Assembly: GCA_009602735.1 (NCBI GenBank)
Contig: WELA01002258.1
Coordinates: 140,746 to 204,745, forward strand
Origin: Mesotaenium endlicherianum
Lineage: Eukaryota
Reading direction: 5' to 3'
Length of the DNA stretch: 64,000 nucleotides
Below the pieces are notes generated by a model. It worked only from the letters and a program-made list of their open reading frames with translations. It made no database searches and was not told the DNA's origin. The translations under genes and the position numbers were made by a program. Within the stretch, counting starts at the first letter, position 1. Each line of letters opens with the position of its first letter. This document shows positions 60,525 to 64,000 of this stretch, piece after piece.

Positions 60525-63138
60525 ATGGTAAGGTCAAGGTCTTAAATTAGCAACTCCCAAGACATGGAGAACCAGGATAACGAGAATGTCAAAAACCAGG
60601 CTAAAAGCCATGTAGCGGAAATCCGTACCTATTCTGAAGCAGTGGCAGATACTGCAGCTAGAGAGGCTGTTGATGAGGCTGCTGCTATTGCCGCAGTGGC
60701 AACACAACACGCAGAGGAGGAGAGACTCAAGTTAAAAGCCGAACGATTTGCAAAAGTTGCTGCAGATGCAGAGAGGAGGGAAGGGCAGCCAGCGGAGGAG
60801 CGCACTGTCGAAGAACTTATGGCAGCAAGGGCCAATATTTTGACCTCACCTCCTCCTGTACAACTAAATGTGCCTCAAGGTGACCTTCGTGAGCGACCGA
60901 ATGTGGCAGGAATTGCTGCTGCAGGAGCAAGAGGAAATGTTGAGGATACTATACAGCGAGGGGATGCCATTACACTGCTACATTTGCTAGACTTCCACCT
61001 CAGAGTGTAGATATGGGAGCATTGTTTGTGCAAATGCAATCGCAAATGGCGAGCATGTATCAGTCCCAACAGGAGGACAGAAGAATCATAATGTCTCTGC
61101 TACGAGATAGAGACCAACTGGATTCTCAAACCACTGGTGGTGGTGGCAGAGGGCCTAGTAAGCCTAAGCCAAAATCTCCCCAGAACTATGATCCTGAGGG
61201 AAACTAAAAGTATTACCTGATCAAGTTTCTTGCTGATGTTGAGCAGTGGCTGGAGAACTACCCAAAACTGCAAGATTACGAGAAGGTCAGGCACACTCTT
61301 GCTCTACTGCAAGGCAGTGCAGCAAACTGGTGGCTGTATTGGAAAGGAGAGCGTAAGGCTCAACAACTCGGTGACCTTACTTGGGTAGAGTTTGTCAATA
61401 AGCTGCATGAGAAGTTTGATGTTATCAATCAGCAGGAGAAAGCTATTTATGCTATGATCTCCTTGACACTGAAGTAGACCACTTCAGTTGCTGACTTTGC
61501 TCAAAAGTTCCAGGAGAACATGATGAAGCAGCCAGATTTGCTAGAGCGATATAGGATAGCATACTTCAGGTATGGCTTAAAATTTGAAGTCTCAGGTCGT
61601 TTTGCTGAAAAGAAGTATGAGAAACTGGCTCACTTGATCTAGGACGCTGATGCCTGGGCTCAGCGGCAATTTAATCACAAGCGTCAGAGTAATGCTTTGG
61701 TGTCTAAGATTGTCCAAAAGCCACACGATTCCTATAATGCAATTGAAATAGATGAGGTTGAGGACGATCAGAGTGATGAGTATGAGTACAAGTATAATGT
61801 TATACAGTCTAGAGGGAGAGGTGGATACTCACGGGGTGGCTATGGAAGAGGTGGTGCTAGGACTAAGCCGAGATTAGCCTCAGCAAAATCTATCTGCTAC
61901 CATTGTCAGCAACTGGTTCACTTTAGAGAGCAGTGTCCGGTCAAGCACCTTCCAAAGGTCGAGAGAAAGGACCAGCCTTTAAGAGACAGCAACAGTCAGT
62001 ACTCAAGTCAATTGACTGTGAGGATGCTAGAGATATTGAGTCGTCACTAGCTGCCCTCGTAGGAGGTATTATGGGTCCTACTGAAGTGGATTCACTATGC
62101 ATGCCTGACAACCAAATAAAGGAGACCATCAGCAATATACATCCCCGAGAGTGCACACTCTGGATGATCTTGTTCCACTTAATGTCCAACATTTCTTTGC
62201 TAAGTCAGGAGAACAATGCGAAAGTCAAGAAAAGACAGTCCCCCCTATCCTACTGCATTGCATGATTGCAGGTAGGAAGGTGAGGGCATTCGTTGACGGA
62301 GGGGCGTCACATACTTTGATCCATAAGGACTTAGTTAAGCAGCTAAGGCTGCCTACTGTCACCCATGGGAATAGAAAAATATTCCTTGGAATTGCCTCAA
62401 GTATCCCGGGAGGACTTATAACCAAGCCTATTGAGGTCCAGTTAGGTTCTGGCATTGCAGTTCTAACTGAAACGCTTACATTTGAGGTACTCAACACTGG
62501 CTTTTATGATCTGGTGCTAGGCAGGTCCTGGCTTAATAGACATCAAGCTGAAGTCTGTTGAAGCAAAGGTACAGTTAAAGTGAGAGGAGCCAGTGATGGG
62601 CAGACTAACTTGGCACCCACCAGTGCTCTTCATCTTGTCCTGTATGGATGGCAAATGTAAGAAAAGAAGAGGTTTTCAGGAGGATGCAAATTGCTAAATG
62701 CAATGGATTTCATTAAAAGCTGGAACCAGAAGAAAGATAGTTATGTCTGCTGCTGAACGGGATACCTTCTCCACTTGAAGAAGTGGTTGAGAAAAAGGTA
62801 AGCCCTCGGGAGCCCTACTGCTGCAATAATTCTTGCTCAGTATGCTGAAGTTTTCAATATGCCTTCAAGATTGGAGGCAAGTAGATAATAGGATTGATTT
62901 ATTACCGGGGAGTCAGCCACCCTGGCAACGCACTTATGGCTTGTCTTATGTGGAGAGTGAAGAGTTGAAAACACAGGTTGCAAAGCTGGAGAAAAATGGT
63001 TATATTTCCCCCCGTAAAACACCTTATGGGGCACCCATCCTATTTGTTAAGAAGAAGGATGGAAGTATGCAGATGTGTATGGATTACAAAGCTCTTAACA
63101 GAATTACAGTAAAAGTTTGCTTTGCCCAGAATCAAGGA
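60525..63138 (+). pseudogene. gag, PR and start of RT of A3
   Basis: MENQDNENV.., [38 protein letters not shown]; many stops. Confidence 0.9.
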
Positions 63139-64000
63139 TGTAGTGAAACAGATAGATAAAGTACTTAATAAAACAGAATACTTTATCTATTCAAGACAAG
63201 GATCTTTGAACACAAGTGGTAGCTTCTTGAAAGAGAGATGGCTTCTTGAAAGTTTATATATTTCTGGAATTTGGCAAGTACAAGCGTGATTATGGAATGT
63301 TTTTCTATGTTCTAGCTCTTGCTTATATACTTGCTACATAAGTAATTTCTAAGAAGGTGCATGTTGATGTGTTGGCACCCAACACATCCCAAAATTTGCC
63401 ACCTCTTTCTAGAATAATGTACACATGTCCTTTTGACCTAAAAATGGCACATTTGACTTTTGCCATGTGGAGTTCTTCTAGGTTTTTCCTCTAACTTCGA
63501 AAATGCCTTACAAGGTTCAAAAGACATGAACCAAGTCACTAGAGTACCTATTCACACTTGAATCCACACAATACTACTCCAAATATATTTGAAAACATTG
63601 AAATATATGCAAACCAATATATAATAACTCAAATCACTACATCACCCCCCCGCCAGAAAAAGCGACGTCTCGGCGCGTCAAGTCAGGTCTTACACATGTG
63701 GAGCAGACTAGTCAACAGCTTCAAGTCAGATGCCACACATGTGAAGAGGATTAGTCCAAGGCGCCACGTCAGGTGCTACACATGTAAGGTAGACTAGGCA
63801 AGGTCGTGGGTGGTGTGACCTTGTTGGCTAGCCTACTCCTTGATGATAAAGAAAATTGTACAAGTTGGCCCAGAATCTGCCACGAATTCAAAAATTCATA
63901 GCGTCCACAGAATTGCTCCAAATCTAAAAATTTGAGTGCCAAACGGACCTTGTTAGAAAAACCTACCGGATCACCAAATTTGAGAGCATTCTAATTTCTG
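63139..64000 (-). mobile_element. 3' end of a second B element (B2): LTR 63139-63641, PPT and 3' UTR; runs off the window
   Basis: 503-bp LTR B followed by tcaccccccc and sequence homologous to 39724-40082. Confidence 0.93.

Larger units (their letters stand above)
50144..63138 (+). mobile_element. Element A3 (plus strand): 5' LTR split by A4, pol cut by B2
   Basis: LTR halves 50144-50656 and 60244-60490 join through TSD CTGAG; PBS TGGTATCGGAGC at 60492-60503; decayed gag-PR-RT start 60525-63138. Confidence 0.9.

Overview
Eukaryotic DNA with GT-AG spliceosomal introns. The tRNA-iMet-primed chromoviruses suggest a green-lineage host, but that is inference. About 80% of the window is nested Ty3/Gypsy chromovirus LTR retrotransposon, read here as families A, B and C plus orphan LTR families D, E and F (my labels). 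Left block (1-17 kb): decayed element A1 carrying two solo LTRs, plus further solo or partial LTRs. Middle (about 17.5-28.6 kb): a TE-free island with two tandem paralogous 4-exon host genes encoding Pro/Gln-rich proteins with a Cys-flanked hydrophobic segment. Right block (28.6-64 kb): a nest in which A2 contains C (holding an intact young B element and a solo C LTR) and A3 (holding A4, which holds a solo A LTR, and a second B). Best candidate for an undescribed system: family A carries a ~550-aa, non-env third ORF between pol and the 3' LTR. It has a branch point and splice acceptor 1 nt before its ATG, duplicated PPT motifs on both sides and an upstream 10-bp-phased TGACA array, and it diverges far more than gag/pol between copies. 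All three families also show -1 frameshift signals and share a variant PBS (TGGTATCGGAGC). All identities are by-eye estimates; no searches were run.
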